A stretch of 63,285 nucleotides of DNA, filler included, from Welwitschia mirabilis (lineage: Eukaryota), in the NCBI GenBank assembly GCA_051453625.1. It is 8 parts of one record of this genome, joined end to end, with 100 filler letters (N's around TTAATTAATTAA, not from the genome) between each part and the next. Parts side by side here need not be neighbours in the genome. Positions count along the whole stretch, not along the records: positions 25,533 to 36,320 come from JBOZIK010000001.1; positions 36,421 to 45,843 come from JBOZIK010000001.1; 6 more parts are not named here. One strand, 5' to 3'. The first letter of the stretch is position 1, and each line of letters opens with the position of its first letter. The position numbers were made by a program, and so were the translations under genes. Under the pieces are notes generated by a model that was given only the letters and a program-made list of their open reading frames with translations, did not search any database and was not told the origin of the DNA. This document shows, one piece after another, positions 27,401 through 40,598 of this stretch.

Positions 27401-29662
27401 ATACCATAATTCACCATGTCCCTGCATNNNNNNNNNNNNNNNNNNNNNNNNNNNNNNNNNNNNNNNNNNNNNNNNNNNNNNNNNNNNNNNNNNNNNNNNN
27501 NNNNNNNNNNNNNNNNNNNNNNNNNNNNNNNNNNNNNNNNNNNNNNNNNNNNNNNNNNNNNNNNNNNNNNNNNNNNNNNNNNNNNNNNNNNNNNNNNNNN
27601 NNNNNNNNNNNNNNNNNNNNNNNNNNNNNNNNNNNNNNNNNNNNNNNNNNNNNNNNNNNNNNNNNNNNNNNNNNNNNNNNNNNNNNNNNNNNNNNNNNNN
27701 NNNNNNNNNNNNNNNNNNNNNNNNNNNNNNNNNNNNNNNNNNNNNNNNNNNNNNNNNNNNNNNNNNNNNNNNNNNNNNNNNNNNNNNNNNNNNNNNNNNN
27801 NNNNNNNNNNNNNNNNNNNNNNNNNNNNNNNNNNNNNNNNNNNNNNNNNNNNNNNNNNNNNNNNNNNNNNNNNNNNNNNNNNNNNNNNNNNNNNNNNNNN
27901 NNNNNNNNNNNNNNNNNNNNNNNNNNNNNNNNNNNNNNNNNNNNNACAAACAAAAAAATAAAATTAAAAATAATAGCCTATCATTCACCTAGTCATGGGG
28001 ATGATGGGGAGAATAATGATCACAGTAATAGAAAACCAAACTAAAAATTTATAGAAAATGAAAATAAGACTATTATCCAGGCTATTGTGGGGATGATAAA
28101 AAAGACAACAATACCTTTATTACTGATCTATGTGTAAGAAATAAATTTGCAAAACAAAAAATAAATTTAAAATTTTAGAACTGTTATTCCCAATGTCATT
28201 AGAACAATAGAGAGAACAATAAGGATCCTAAAAACTATAGAAAATGAGAAATTACTAAAATAAACCTAATCTAAACTATGCTAAAAATATAGTAGTATTT
28301 CAAATAAATAACCTAAATAAAAAATTCAAGGTATTTATCTAGATAGTAATAATCCTTTAGCTCTTTGTGGCCTTCTCCAATAATGACATAAAAATGTTAT
28401 GGTGTGAATTTATGCAATCCTTATATCCTTTAAGAAAACCTATAAATCAATTTACTTGTTAAAAAACACACACTAGTATAGACGAGAGTTAACTTAAATG
28501 TCATAATCCCAACAAAGGCACTAAACTTAAAGTTAGAAAATTGATTTTCAAAAGTATTTCTGGTATTTTATCTTTAAGTAAATAAAAATAAATAATAATG
28601 TAAAATGCAATGAAATGATGAATGAAGATAAAATGTAAGGAATAAAAATGGAAATGAAATGGATTTTAATTAGATTGTAATTCTTCTATCATAAAAATAA
28701 ACTCTCTATAATTTAAATCAATTAAGAAGAGTTTTTCACATATTCTTAACCAATGTGAACTATAAGATATTTCAAAGAGAATATAGAATACAATATGGAA
28801 TTGGAATGAAATAGCAATGAAAATTTAAACTAATAGCCTCAACCTTAACAAAGGTTATCGTTATGACTTAAAAAATTATAGAATTTTCACTTAGACTTTA
28901 ATCAACCTAAATCATAAGAGACATAAACACAATTGTAGTGAAAGGATTATTTGAATTGATTATAGAAATTTTGCATCCACTTACAACAAAGTAGCAGCTA
29001 CTCAATGGAGNNNNNNNNNNGAGAATACTCAGCCCAACACTAAGGTTACCTTCTCTTTGTAGCTACTAGATGAACCTCTTGTCCTTCCATCTTCCATCAC
29101 AAGAGCATCAAGTATAAAAGATGAAAATAAAAGTGAAGAAAAGAGAGGGTATTTATAATTTTACATTGAAGTTCTAAAAGATTAATCCTAGAAGTCAGAA
29201 AAGAAACCCTCAAATGGATCACATGACCATCCCATTATAAAGTTAATTCTTTTTATCATGAAAGAAAATCTATTTCCCTAACTATCATGGAGGTGATAGA
29301 GGAGGCATCACTCTATGTTAAAAGATTCTTCATCACCTTTAGGCCCTACTATCAACTCCATAGCTTCTATTCAAGTTATCAGTGTCATCATCCTACCTAT
29401 TATGAGGACGATAGAGGATATGATAGTGTTTCGCATCTTTAATCTCAAAGATAAATCAGTCTTCTACATAATAAATTCTTCTTCTAAAGTATGAAGTATC
29501 AGAATAAGCTTGAGAAACCTCTAAATATGCTAATAATTACATGTTTCTATGATCATCTTATCTGTTCTCCATAAACATTAGTATTGCATCCAAATCTGTA
29601 TAAAATTCTAGCAAAATCACTTAAAATATAGCATCAAATTCCTATAAATTAGTATCACAACA

Positions 29663-32600
29663 ATCCTAAAAAGATTAGTTTATTAGCTTTAAACTCAAAT
29701 TTGCTCAAATGTTATCTATATTTTAAGATAAATCATTTACTTCCAAAGATCTTAAAACATAAAACATTTGGTTTTTTGCCTTTCTAGAGTTCGTAGGAGG
29801 TTTTATTCATACCTAGTCTTAGATAGACTCTATTGATAATGTAACATGTAGTACTTACTACTTTAGCCCAAAATGTTGTAAAAACTTCCTTATCATTTAG
29901 CATTGTTATTTTTATCTCTTGAAGGACTTAGTTTTTCCTTTTTGTAATTCCATTTTGTTTTGGAGTCTTTAGGGTTGAAAATTGATGTTCTATACCATTA
30001 TCTACATAATACTTCTTAGAAATATGAATTTTGAAATCTCCTTCATGATTACTTCTAATTATTTTAATAGTTTATCCTTTCTTACTTTGAATTTTTTTAA
30101 TAGATTTCAACAAAACTTTTGAATATCTCAGCTTTGTTTTCTAGGAAGATAATTCAAGTAAATTTAAAGAAGTCATCTATCATAGTCAACAAATATTATT
30201 TTCCTCTTATAATTTTAGTTTGGATAGGATCCATCAAGTTCATATGAATGATTTTAAGTGGAATTGTTGACAAAACTAAGTTTTTACTTTTATAAGAAGT
30301 CCTTAATTATTTTCCTTTGTGACAAACGTTACATAGTCCATGTTTATCAATATTAATCTTGGGAATTCCTTTTACAATATTCTTTTTAGTAATGATTTTG
30401 AGATGGTTATAGTTTACATGTCCTAATCATTGGTGCCACACTTATTCTTGAATTATATGATAAAAATAACAAGCAGATAAAAATTGATTAATGCTATAAA
30501 TGTTGTCTATTCTATTTGCTTTAAGAAGAACATCATTTGTTTTATCATGTCTAACTTTATATTTTTTTACTATTGAAAATAGCTTTATAACCTTTATTAC
30601 AAATATTAATAATACTCAGAAAATTATGTTTAAGACCATTCACATATAAAAATTCATTAATTTTAGGCATGTTACCTCTACTGATGCTTCTAATGTCTTC
30701 AACTTTTGCTTTTCTATTATTACCAAATGTTACTTCTCCTCCATCAAAGTCATTCAAATGTTGGAATCTTGATTTATCACCTATTATATACTAAGAACAA
30801 CCATTATCCATGTACCAACAAGTTATATTTGAGACTTTAAAGGCTGTTTGGATTAATAAACTTTTTGAATTANNNNNNNNNNNNNNNNNNNNNNNNNNNN
30901 NNNNNNNNNNNNNNNNNNNNNNNNNNNNNNNNNNNNNNNNNNNNNNNNNNNNNNNNNNNNNNNNNNNNNNNNNNNNNNNNNNNNNNNNNNNNNNNNNNNN
31001 NNNNNNNNNNNNNNNNNNNNNNNNNNNNNNNNNNNNNNNNNNNNNNNNNNNNNNNNNNNNNNNNNNNNNNNNNNNNNNNNNNNNNNNNNNNNNNNNNNNN
31101 NNNNNNNNNNNNNNNNNNNNNNNNNNNNNNNNNNNNNNNNNNNNNNNNNNNNNNNNNNNNNNNNNNNNNNNNNNNNNNNNNNNNNNNNNNNNNNNNNNNN
31201 NNTATATACTAAGAACAACCATTATACATGTACCAACAAGTTATATTTGAGACTTTAAAGGCTGTTTGGATTAATAAACTTTTTGAATTATTATCCCTTA
31301 TCCACTTAATCCATTTGCACTATTGTGATATACATTCCCTTGGTACAAATTTAAATGAAAAATTACTAATACTAAGATAGTTTGAAAAGATCATTACCTT
31401 TTTAACATTATAAAATAATTTTAAACATCTATCTTTCTATAAAAATAATAAGTAATCTTTGACATACCATCATTTTGCCATGTTAACTTATTCAACTAAT
31501 TTCATGGTTTTTGAAAGATGAAGCTAATACCTTTCTTTTCATGAACTGGTCTTTATATCTTAAGCATCTACTCCAATTTGCTTGAACCATTTTAAAATTT
31601 ATTTACAAAGTGAGATAAGATTTTTACCTCTTGGGTTAGCTTTGTGTTTTCTATTTAAACCATCTTGTTCTTTGTCTCTAACTCTTTCTTTTCCTTATTA
31701 TGATCCTTTACTATCTTATTTAACTTACTAATTCTTTTTGCCAATTTTTCACATTCTAAATAGAGTTCTTGGCAAGTATCTTTCACTTTTTTTGATATTC
31801 TTCAATAAATTCCATGTCATATAATATAATTAAGCAAATCATGTTCTTCATAGAAGGAACTATTACCATGAATAAAAATCTTTATCTTTATCTGACTCTT
31901 AACTTAAGCTATTGTTTTCTTTTTCATCTACATTATCCCAAGTGATAATGAAGGATGATGTCTTGGACTTCCTTTAATCTCTTTTATTATTTGGATATTC
32001 ATTTACAACATGTCCAAATCTTTTACATGCATATCATTAAATTTCATTTCCTTTCTCTAGATCTATTTTTAGTTTGAAATGATCCCTCTTTAGTCTCTTG
32101 CTTAGTTTATCATCTCTCTATCTTTTGTGCAAGAACTTTTTAAATCTTCTTACCAAAATAGAAACCTCATTTTCATTAAAGTTTTCATTTGATTTTTCAA
32201 ATCTATACTCTTCTTGCATATGTTTCAATGTAAAACTTTTCTTTTTATCTTTATAAAACTTTAATTCATAAGTTTAAAGATTACCTTGTAGTTCCTTTAG
32301 TACCTTTTGATTGATGTTCTTACTTTCCTTAACAGCCATAACTTTGGTTCAAAGAATTTTGGAAGAGATCTTAGAATTTTCATACTACTTTTTCTTTATC
32401 CATTTTCTCCTCTAGACTTGCCATAAAGTTTACTATGTCTGTCAGTCTAGCAAAGAACTCTTATAGAGTCTCTTCTTCTTCTATGCAAATATCTTCAAAC
32501 TTAGAGATGAGCATCTATAGCTTTTCCTATTTAAGAGTGAAAGTTCCTTCATGTGCAATTTCAAATATATCCCAAGCTTCCTTAGCATGTTCTTAGTTCA

Positions 32601-32890
32601 TAATCCTCTTGAATTCATTTGTACAAGCTACATAGAAAATAGCATTAAGAGCATGGGCATCTAAAGTCACCTTGGCTTTATTGGTAGGAGTCCATTGGTC
32701 TTAAGATTTCTTAACAACTATGGTGGTTTCATTACTATTAGTTTTGGATAGAGTAGGCACAACATATTCATTGTAGATAACCTCTTCTATATCTACACCT
32801 AAGAATCTAGGGAATATTTTTAATTAGGCCTTTCAGTATGCATAGTTAGTCCCATCAAACATGAATGATCTTTTAGTGGAGAGGTGATTA
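29663..32890 (-). pseudogene. Sirevirus gag, protease and integrase
   Basis: Gag STKRSFMFDGTNYAY*KA, protease WYMDNGCS and GGEVTFGNN..LYVNGLKHNFLSI, integrase WHQ*LGH, IRSNH and TPKQNGI. Confidence 0.92.
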
Positions 32891-32907
32891 GTAGGATTAG
32901 CCCAAAT

Positions 32908-33229
32908 CCAGTCGACCACTCAAACATCTAGTTAACCCCTTGATGAAAAGATTTGATAAATTTTTGTATAGGTCCAGTTGATCCCTTAGGAATATGGTTG
33001 ACCCCTTAATAAACTAGTTTTGACACTTTTTAGGATAAGTTGATTGACCCCTTAGGAATTAAATCGAGCCCTTTAAGGGATTGTAACTTATCAGATTCAA
33101 GCATAGCTAGTGAAAAATGTTTATTAATTCAAACCTATAAGGATTAATATTTTTATAAGAAATATAACATTTTTTGCTATACTAGAAAATGTTAGTTTAA
33201 CATCAACTTAACAAAATTATAACTTAATA
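32908..33229 (-). repeat. Truncated Sirevirus 5' LTR (U3 end only)
   Basis: Colinear with about 13330-13652 and abuts the gag start with no PBS. Confidence 0.82.
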
Positions 33230-34680
33230 GCCTTCTCTTAAGAATTTATTAGTTTATTAATGGAATTTCTAAGTGCATCATTTTGATTTTGTAAATTTAA
33301 TGTACTTGCTTGATAATTTGAGCTACTTCTTTGGAACCGAGAGTTATTTATTTGAAAGTTACATTTTTAAATGTATTTCTAAATGGTTGAAAATGCTTCA
33401 AAGTTCTTGAATTTGTTTTCTAAAGTTTAAAAGTTAGGTTATCCATTCATCCTATATTGAAATTTGATTTTGTTTTTGTTCTCTAAACTTTAAAGACTTC
33501 TAGTTGAAAGTACATACTTCTTCATAAATGTTTTTTTTATAAGTTGGTAATAAAATACATTCTTTAGTTATATGATAGTTCTCTTTATACAAATCACAAG
33601 TTGGAACTACATTCTTTTCAGATGCCACTTTTATATCAAAAATTATTTGGATATATTGTTCTAATATTGTTATGAAATCCTTAATTACAGTAGTTGGTTC
33701 TTTTTTTTTTTTTTACTTTTTCCTTCTCTTATTTCACTTCTTTAAGATCTTTTATTATTTGACCTACAGTATAATTTTCTTTAGATATTGGTTTAGGTCA
33801 TTTTTAACTTGCTTCCACTAATTCTTCTAATAACTTTCATGCATTTCCTAAAGTGAGATTCATTAAACTTCTATCACATGAGAAATATACAAGTTATTTA
33901 GTTTAGCTATTAATTTCATTATAGAAATAGTCTATTAATCCCTCTTAAGTAAATGAATTAATGGGATTAGAATAAATTGTAATGAAAAATTATTCATAAG
34001 TAGTGGTATAATATTTATTAGGTTATTGTTAAAAAATTTTTACTTCTTTATTTCTCTTTATTATTGTTTTTTCTCTTATAAATCTTTTTATAGAGGCTTC
34101 TTGAACTTAGTTCCATATTTTTAAGGTTTTATGTAGAATAATTCTTAGCCATAATTTCACTTTTCTTTTTAATGTAATGGAAAAGATAACCTTATAATTA
34201 TAATCACTAATTTATTTTTTTACTATTTCTTGAAGTAACCACTAATTGTTCAATGTTGATTATATCTTAAAAGGGATCTTCATCATTTTCTTCCTTAAAA
34301 ATAGAATATGCATTTAAATTTTTTAACTCAACATCATTATCAAGAGGTAGGTTAAAACGATTTTGGATTTCATACTTTTTATTTGCAATTAGTTCTATAA
34401 GAGTAACATTAAGGTTTGGATTTATGAGGATAGTAGAGGTTTCTATCATAATAGGGGGATTAGGTGAGACTACGTATTTCTATTTTTTCATAGAATTTGA
34501 AATTGCAATAAAATATTTTCTTCTAAACTTTTTTTCAAAATTTTTTTTGGAAAAAATTAGATTTAGAAACAACAAGTGTAGAAAATTTCTTGCTCAATTC
34601 TCAGAATATTTTGCATACCTAGGATCTGCATACTTGGGTTTAATTCATAATTGATCAAACCTTATCAAATATTTTCTTCA
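33230..34680 (-). pseudogene. Element A gag (N-terminal part)
   Basis: ORF 34267-34449 reads VTLIELIANKKYEIQNRFNLPLDNDVELKNLNAYSIF...EDP and is paralogous to the other gag copies. Confidence 0.82.
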
Positions 34681-35111
34681 ATTAGTAGCTATTCTCTCTA
34701 ATACTTCATCTTTTTATCAAATTTTAGTACATTCCAATATGCTTAGTTATATTTCTATAGACATTATATTCTTGGATATCCAAATGATGTACTAGATGAT
34801 AAAAGATACCAAAAAAACATATAAAAAAAAGTTGGCAAATAACATATAATGTAAAGTGATAGTCATCCTCTAAATTATCTTCATAACAAAGGAGATGACA
34901 GGTAAAAAACCCTAGCTTTTATGAAAATAGTAAACCCTAGTTTTATAGGTTATCATTGTCATGTATTATCTCAATGACAAGGTGGATGATAAGGTGTTAC
35001 TTTAAAATGCAAATTAAAAAAATGAAAAAAGAAAAAGCTATAGTTATACTATAAAGATACAACATCACTATAGATAAATAGATGAAATGAAATTCAAACT
35101 ACTTATCTAAG

Positions 35112-36616
35112 TGTTGCACTGCCAACCTACATGTATTTGATAGGGTATTCTGAGTTGTTTTGTAGGTAAATTAGTAGATGAATGCTTAGTTCTTATGATA
35201 ATGGAGAACCGAGATGAAAAACATGAAAACATGTAATTTCCAGATAAATTACAAGCATTTTGTGTAGAGGTGGATAAATGAAATTTTGAATGATGATTTC
35301 CACAAACAACAAAATAATTAGATTGACTAAAGATTAACAAAATACCATTATCCACCTCATCATCTAGATGTTAGGAGTGGACAACATTACCAACTGGTTA
35401 ATAACACTTTACATGCAGTNNNNNNNNNNNNNNNNNNNNNNNNNNNNNNNNNNNNNNNNNNNNNNNNNNNNNNNNNNNNNNNNNNNNNNNNNNNNNNNNN
35501 NNNNNNTACTATTTTCTTATAGTTTTACTGATTGTTCACCTGAGTTGTTACCACTTCATTATGACTTTTCTTTACATGTGAGCTAGGGTTTTTCCCATAC
35601 TCTTCTATTAGTTTTTCTTCCTTTTTTATATATAAATAAGGATCATCCCCTTAATTCCTATCATCTTCGACAGTACTTGACATACTCATGATAGAAGATC
35701 TTGGGATCGAAGAGCCCTTCTATAATTGTAGAGAGACGTTCTCTTGGTGTTAGGTGATGTTTCCTTTATTGAAGAGTAGAAACTTTGTAATACGAATGTT
35801 GCATGCATTTTAATATGAATTATCTTCTTTTGTGTTCAATATATGAATGAACTTCTCCCTCATAGTTTATTTTATTTAAGATTCAGTGATAGGCTTCTTT
35901 TGTTATATAGATTATGAAGATAGCCTTTGTCAAGGTTGAGCTTAATTAGTTTAGGTGCATTATTATTTCTTGTTGTATAATAGTTTTACATAAGAATGTT
36001 TTATTTTAATTCCATGCATTTCAATTCATTTTAATAGATTAGGGTTACATAATTTTCTCTTGAAAAAACTCTTTTATTTTTATAGTTTGTTCTTTAATAG
36101 AATTACAACATTCAGATCACTTCCATCTATACTAGTGTATTATGTTTGTGTATATTATTTGTGATTAATAGGATTCAGCTCAAGACATAAACGTTAAATA
36201 AATACGCACTACAAATTTTGGTGCCATTACCGGGGAAGGCTACTTGAAATTTGATAGTTATCATTGCTTTAGTGAATATTCTAGATGTTTGTTGTAATAG
36301 CAGTGTAACAGTATCTACTANNNNNNNNNNNNNNNNNNNNNNNNNNNNNNNNNNNNNNNNNNNNTTAATTAATTAANNNNNNNNNNNNNNNNNNNNNNNN
36401 NNNNNNNNNNNNNNNNNNNNATAATTTATTTTACTAGATTAGATTACATAATTTTCTCTTGAAAGTAACTCTTTTGTTTTCATACTTTGTCCGTCGACGG
36501 AATTTCGACATTTGGATCACTCCTATATATACTAGTGTGTTTTGTTTGTGCATATTATTTATGATTAACAGAATTCAGTTCAAGACGTAAACATTGCATA
36601 AATATGCACTGCAACA
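35112..36616 (+). mobile_element. Athila-like Gypsy insertion in the 5' UTR of element A (5' LTR 35112-36213, PBS, 3' LTR end); internal region lost at a linker
   Basis: Perfect TSD CTAAG at 35107-35111 and 36617-36621, with TGTTGCA...TGCAACA termini. Confidence 0.9.
36218..36236 (+). promoter_or_regulatory. Primer-binding site, Athila-type (tRNA-Asp-like)
   Basis: TTGGTGCCATTACCGGGGA lies immediately after the LTR and differs from the Athila consensus TGGCGCCGTTGCCGGGGA only by C>T/G>A changes. Confidence 0.8.
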
Positions 36617-36672
36617 CTAAGTAACAACAATCCTTGAACTCTACGTAGTCATTCCTAATAATGGTACTAAGA

Positions 36673-37932
36673 TGTTGTAGTACGTATTTATGTAATATTA
36701 CATCCTTAGTTAAATCATGTCAATCAAAAATATATGCACAAATACAAAATAATAATATAGTTAGGAGTGGATCCAAATTTCTGAATTCTATAAAAGGCAT
36801 AGATGAGAAGAAAGAGAATTAATTTCAAATAAAATATTACTATACCTTCTAACTAGAATAAAATAATAATGCAAAGTAAACAATGTAATTAAATTCACTT
36901 ATGTAGATGAGATGAAAAATTAATCTACATGTAACATCTATTAGATTACAAAATTAACCTATCATAAAGATTGATCTTGTATAATCTAGATCAATTAAGG
37001 AATTCCATTACTAGATCAAGAGTAACCTAATTTATTAGGTGCATTGAATAGAATACAAAAACAAATGCAAAGCTAATCTAGAAAATGAAATGCAATGTAC
37101 CTAAACTATCAATATCAATCTTAACCAAGGTTGTCCTCATGATCTATATCATAGATGAAGTTGTCATGGAATCATAAGTAATAAAAACCATAAGGGAGAT
37201 GCACATAATAAAAAATCTGAAAAGAAAAACAAAGTTTTTATTATATCAAACTAACATCCCTATTACAAAGCAACAATAACCCAATGAAGGAGACATAGCT
37301 CAACACCAAGAAAAACATTTCTCTACAACTATAAGGATGAATATCCTGCCTTTTGATCTTCTATTATGAAAATTTTAAATTTAAAAGAACATAAATTTGG
37401 AATCAAGGGTAAAGAAGGTATTTTTTACAAACAAAAACTCTAAAAATAGTAAATACTAATAAATCTAATAAAACCCTAATGGATGCACAATAAGGCACAT
37501 GACATATGATGAAAGTTTAGTGAAGTTTGGTGAATATTTATATTTAGGTATCATCCTACTAATCATCTGGACATCACAGGAGATGATGCCACATCATACA
37601 AAATCTACAGCATCTACTAAATTAGTCAAATAAGTGTCCTGGCCAGCATAAGTTCTTTTGTCATCTATAATATCATCTGATAATAAGGTGAATGATGGGC
37701 TTTGTAAAGATGTTTCTTATATTAGATTAGCCTATTTGATTATAGGATTTCTTCTTCAAATAGAAAGCATTGTAATTTGGCTTAAATATTATCAAATGTA
37801 ATGAAGATTGCATGTTTTCATGCTATTTGTCTTAGCTCTTCATTATCATCGAAACTCAGCATAAACTTATCTAATGATTTAAAAAACTACTCATAATACC
37901 CTATCAAATACATAGAATTTAGTAGTTTAATA
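36673..37932 (-). repeat. 5' LTR of element A
   Basis: Reverse complement of the family LTR: starts TGTTGTAGTACGTATTTATG and has TACCCTATCAAATACA near its end. Confidence 0.78.
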
Positions 37933-38300
37933 GTCATTTATTCTTGGTAGTAAATGTTCATTCTTGATGATAACCTTATTTAGCTGTACATAATTAATGC
38001 ATAATCTTAGTGTTCCATCATTCTTGTTTACAAATAATATAGGTGCTCTCCATAGTGATACATTAAGATGAATAAAGCCTTTTTATATGACTCTTTCAAG
38101 CTAAATGTTTAATTCTTTCATTTTTATAGAAGACATTCTATGTGATGCCTTAGAAACTGATTAGGTTCTTGGAATTAATTTGACCAAAAACTTAACTTCC
38201 CAAAGTGGTGGCATTCCTTGTAATTCTATCGTAAATACATCAATATATTTTTAGACTATTGGTATTGTTATGATTATTTTTTTCAATGTTATGTTAGCTA
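37933..38300 (-). pseudogene. Chromovirus-type (Tekay/Del-like) Gypsy RT N-terminus, truncated by element A
   Basis: [49 protein letters not shown] matches the [39 protein letters not shown] motif. Upstream is LQGMPP. Confidence 0.85.
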
Positions 38301-40598
38301 TGATTTTCAGGTTTTGCCTATATTTTTTTTCTGAATATTAGATTTATTTTTAAGTGATTAAAAGGCATCTACCTTTCAAGGGGATAAGGCAAGCTTCAAA
38401 TGATTCATTAAGAATGAATTTGCTGTAAGGTGTCTAAATGTATGACCTATGAATAGAAGATGCCAAACTGCATTTTAAGTAAAAAGTAAAGTTTATTTTA
38501 ATTATTGAAATTCCTTAGANNNNNNNNNNNNNNNNNNNNNNNNNNNNNNNNNNNNNNNNNNNNNNNNNNNNNNNNNNNNNNNNNNNNNNNNNNNNNNNNN
38601 NNNNNNNNNNNNNNNNNNNNNNNNNNNNNNNNNNNNNNNNNNNNNNNNNNNNNNNNNNNNNNNNNNNNNNNNNNNNNNNNNNNNNNNNNNNNNNNNNNNN
38701 NNNNNNNNNNNNNNNNNNNNNNNNNNNNNNNNNNNNNNNNNNNNNNNNNNNNNNNNNNNNNNNNNNNNNNNNNNNNNNNNNNNNNNNNNNNNNNNNNNNN
38801 NNNNNNNNNNNNNNNNNNNNNNNNNNNNNNNNNNNNNNNNNNNNNNNNNNNNNNNNNNNNNNNNNNNNNNNNNNNNNNNNNNNNNNNNNNNNNNNNNNNN
38901 NNNNNNNNNNNNNNNNNNNNNNNNNNNNNNNNNNNNNNNNNNNNNNNNNNNNNNNNNNNNNNNNNNNNNNNNNNNNNNNNNNNNNNNNNNNNNNNNNNNN
39001 NNNNNNNNNNNNNNNNNNNNNNNNNNNNNNNNNNNNNNNNNNNNNNNNNNNNNNNNNNNNNNNNNNNNNNNNNNNNNNNNNNNNNNNNNNNNNNNNNNNN
39101 NNNNNNNNNNNNNNNNNNNNNNNNNNNNNNNNNNNNNNNNNNNNNNNNNNNNNNNNNNNNNNNNNNNNNNNNNNNNNNNNNNNNNNNNNNNNNCAAAGTA
39201 AATGTTAGAAATCATTTTTCTATGTGGCTTGTATTAATTATCAGAATTAACTGCTATTAGGCAAAGAAGAAAAAATAGTTTAAAAAGTTTGAATTATAAG
39301 CTTAACTTTTCTAGGATCTCCTATAGTCCTCCATCTCACTGGTCATATTAAGGCTTTCCCTGAGAGCTTTATCTTTTCCTTATAGACTAGAAGAAGAAAA
39401 ATAAGGCATTCACTATGGTCTACTGAATGCTAGAAAATTTACTTGTTTTATGCAAAGTGTTTAGAGATAGATCCACTAAAAACCAACATCTGACATAGAA
39501 AATTTATATAAAACATATAGGTTTCTTTTTAATATGATCCTTTCAAAGCTAGTAAGCATCTTAAAAATGGATAGAAAAGGACTCAGATTTCATGATCTAT
39601 TAACTTTGAAACCTTATCAACGTTAAAATTTTTAGAGTGGAAATTTTCAAAAAGAAAGAATAGTTTAAGAGAGAGAACTTTTGCTTCATGTCCATTTGCC
39701 CGATGACATCCAGGATTAATGTTTTAAATCTTTAGATCTTCTTTCTTTTTATTCTATGCACATAGCTTCTTTTGATTTACCACTAACTACCAATTTAGAA
39801 TGCTGCTTCTTCTGCTTTTAATTTCTATTCTTGTTGCTTTTATTTTTGTTGTTGCTTTGGCATTTTTTTTATGTTAGCCTCCAATCTCCTTCATTGACAA
39901 TGCCTCCTCTTTAATGGTTTGTCTTCTACTTCTAATGCTTACTAGCATTCTATTCTTCTATCTCCTCTTGTTATCATTTCTTTGATGTGTGTCTGATATC
40001 TCATCATTTCTTTGATGCATGTCCATTTTTTGTTGTTTCTCTTATGTGCATCTGTTGTTTGATTCCTTGCTCTATTTATGATCTTTTTTTTTTTGGCATT
40101 TTTCTCTATCATTTTCAAATGTCGTGTTTCATCTCTGATCACTGTTGCCTCTTATGATGCATGTCTATTAATCCACAGGTATTTCTCTTCTACTGTCCTC
40201 TCTCTATTTGTCAATCTATTAAATTATCCTTCTTTATGTTTTTTTTACCTTTCTCTTGCATTTTCTATTGTAATGCATGTTCTGTTCTATCCCTTGTGTT
40301 TTTTTAATTGATTTTCTTTTAATGGTTATTCTATGATCTTTTTCTCTTCTCATCAAGATCAAGGTTTCTTTGTGATTATATTCTCCCAACGCCGCATTAA
40401 AGAGTTGCTAAAAATTCCCTCTCAAATCGTGATTTCAGATGAACTTAAGAACTAGTGCATTGTCCCTTTTTTCTTATCATAATAGCTATTATATTGCTTA
40501 GAATATTAATTTTTTTCATTGAACGCATTTAACACAATTGTTTAATCATCCTTAGCATGCTGAACAATGTCTGATATGTCTTTACATTATAAGACCTT

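Larger units (their letters stand above)
19831..29662 (-). mobile_element. Athila-like Gypsy element B nested in the Sirevirus integrase
   Basis: Matching LTRs at 19831-20946 and 28395-29662 (TGTT...AACA), with a PBS complement at about 28371-28391 and a PPT complement (CTACTTAGCC) at about 20950. TSD is ATACT/ATCCT (4/5), and the host FLG|YLTN reads through it. Confidence 0.88.
12046..33229 (-). mobile_element. Sirevirus (SIRE/Maximus)-type Ty1/Copia element with env-like ORF, carrying two nested insertions
   Basis: 3' LTR 12046-13652 and truncated 5' LTR about 32908-33229 share about 320 bp, both ending AATTATAACTTAATA. Order is gag-PR-INT-RT-RH, with multiple PPT copies. The TSD is degenerate (GTATT/GCCTT) but the host reading frame is continuous. 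Confidence 0.85.
6380..37932 (-). mobile_element. Athila-like Ty3/Gypsy element A (outer host; 3' LTR not seen in the window)
   Basis: 5' LTR 36673-37932, degenerate PBS about 36651-36669, gag 33230-34680 continuing at 12045-11520, then PR-RT-RH-INT to about 7900. The gag frame is restored (INS*EKAKSNIENLMNF) when 12046-33229 and one TSD copy are removed. Confidence 0.8.

Noticed and set aside
39194..40598. Gag of the chromovirus-type element
   Set aside because: Position and strand bias fit, but no diagnostic motif could be read, so it is left unannotated.
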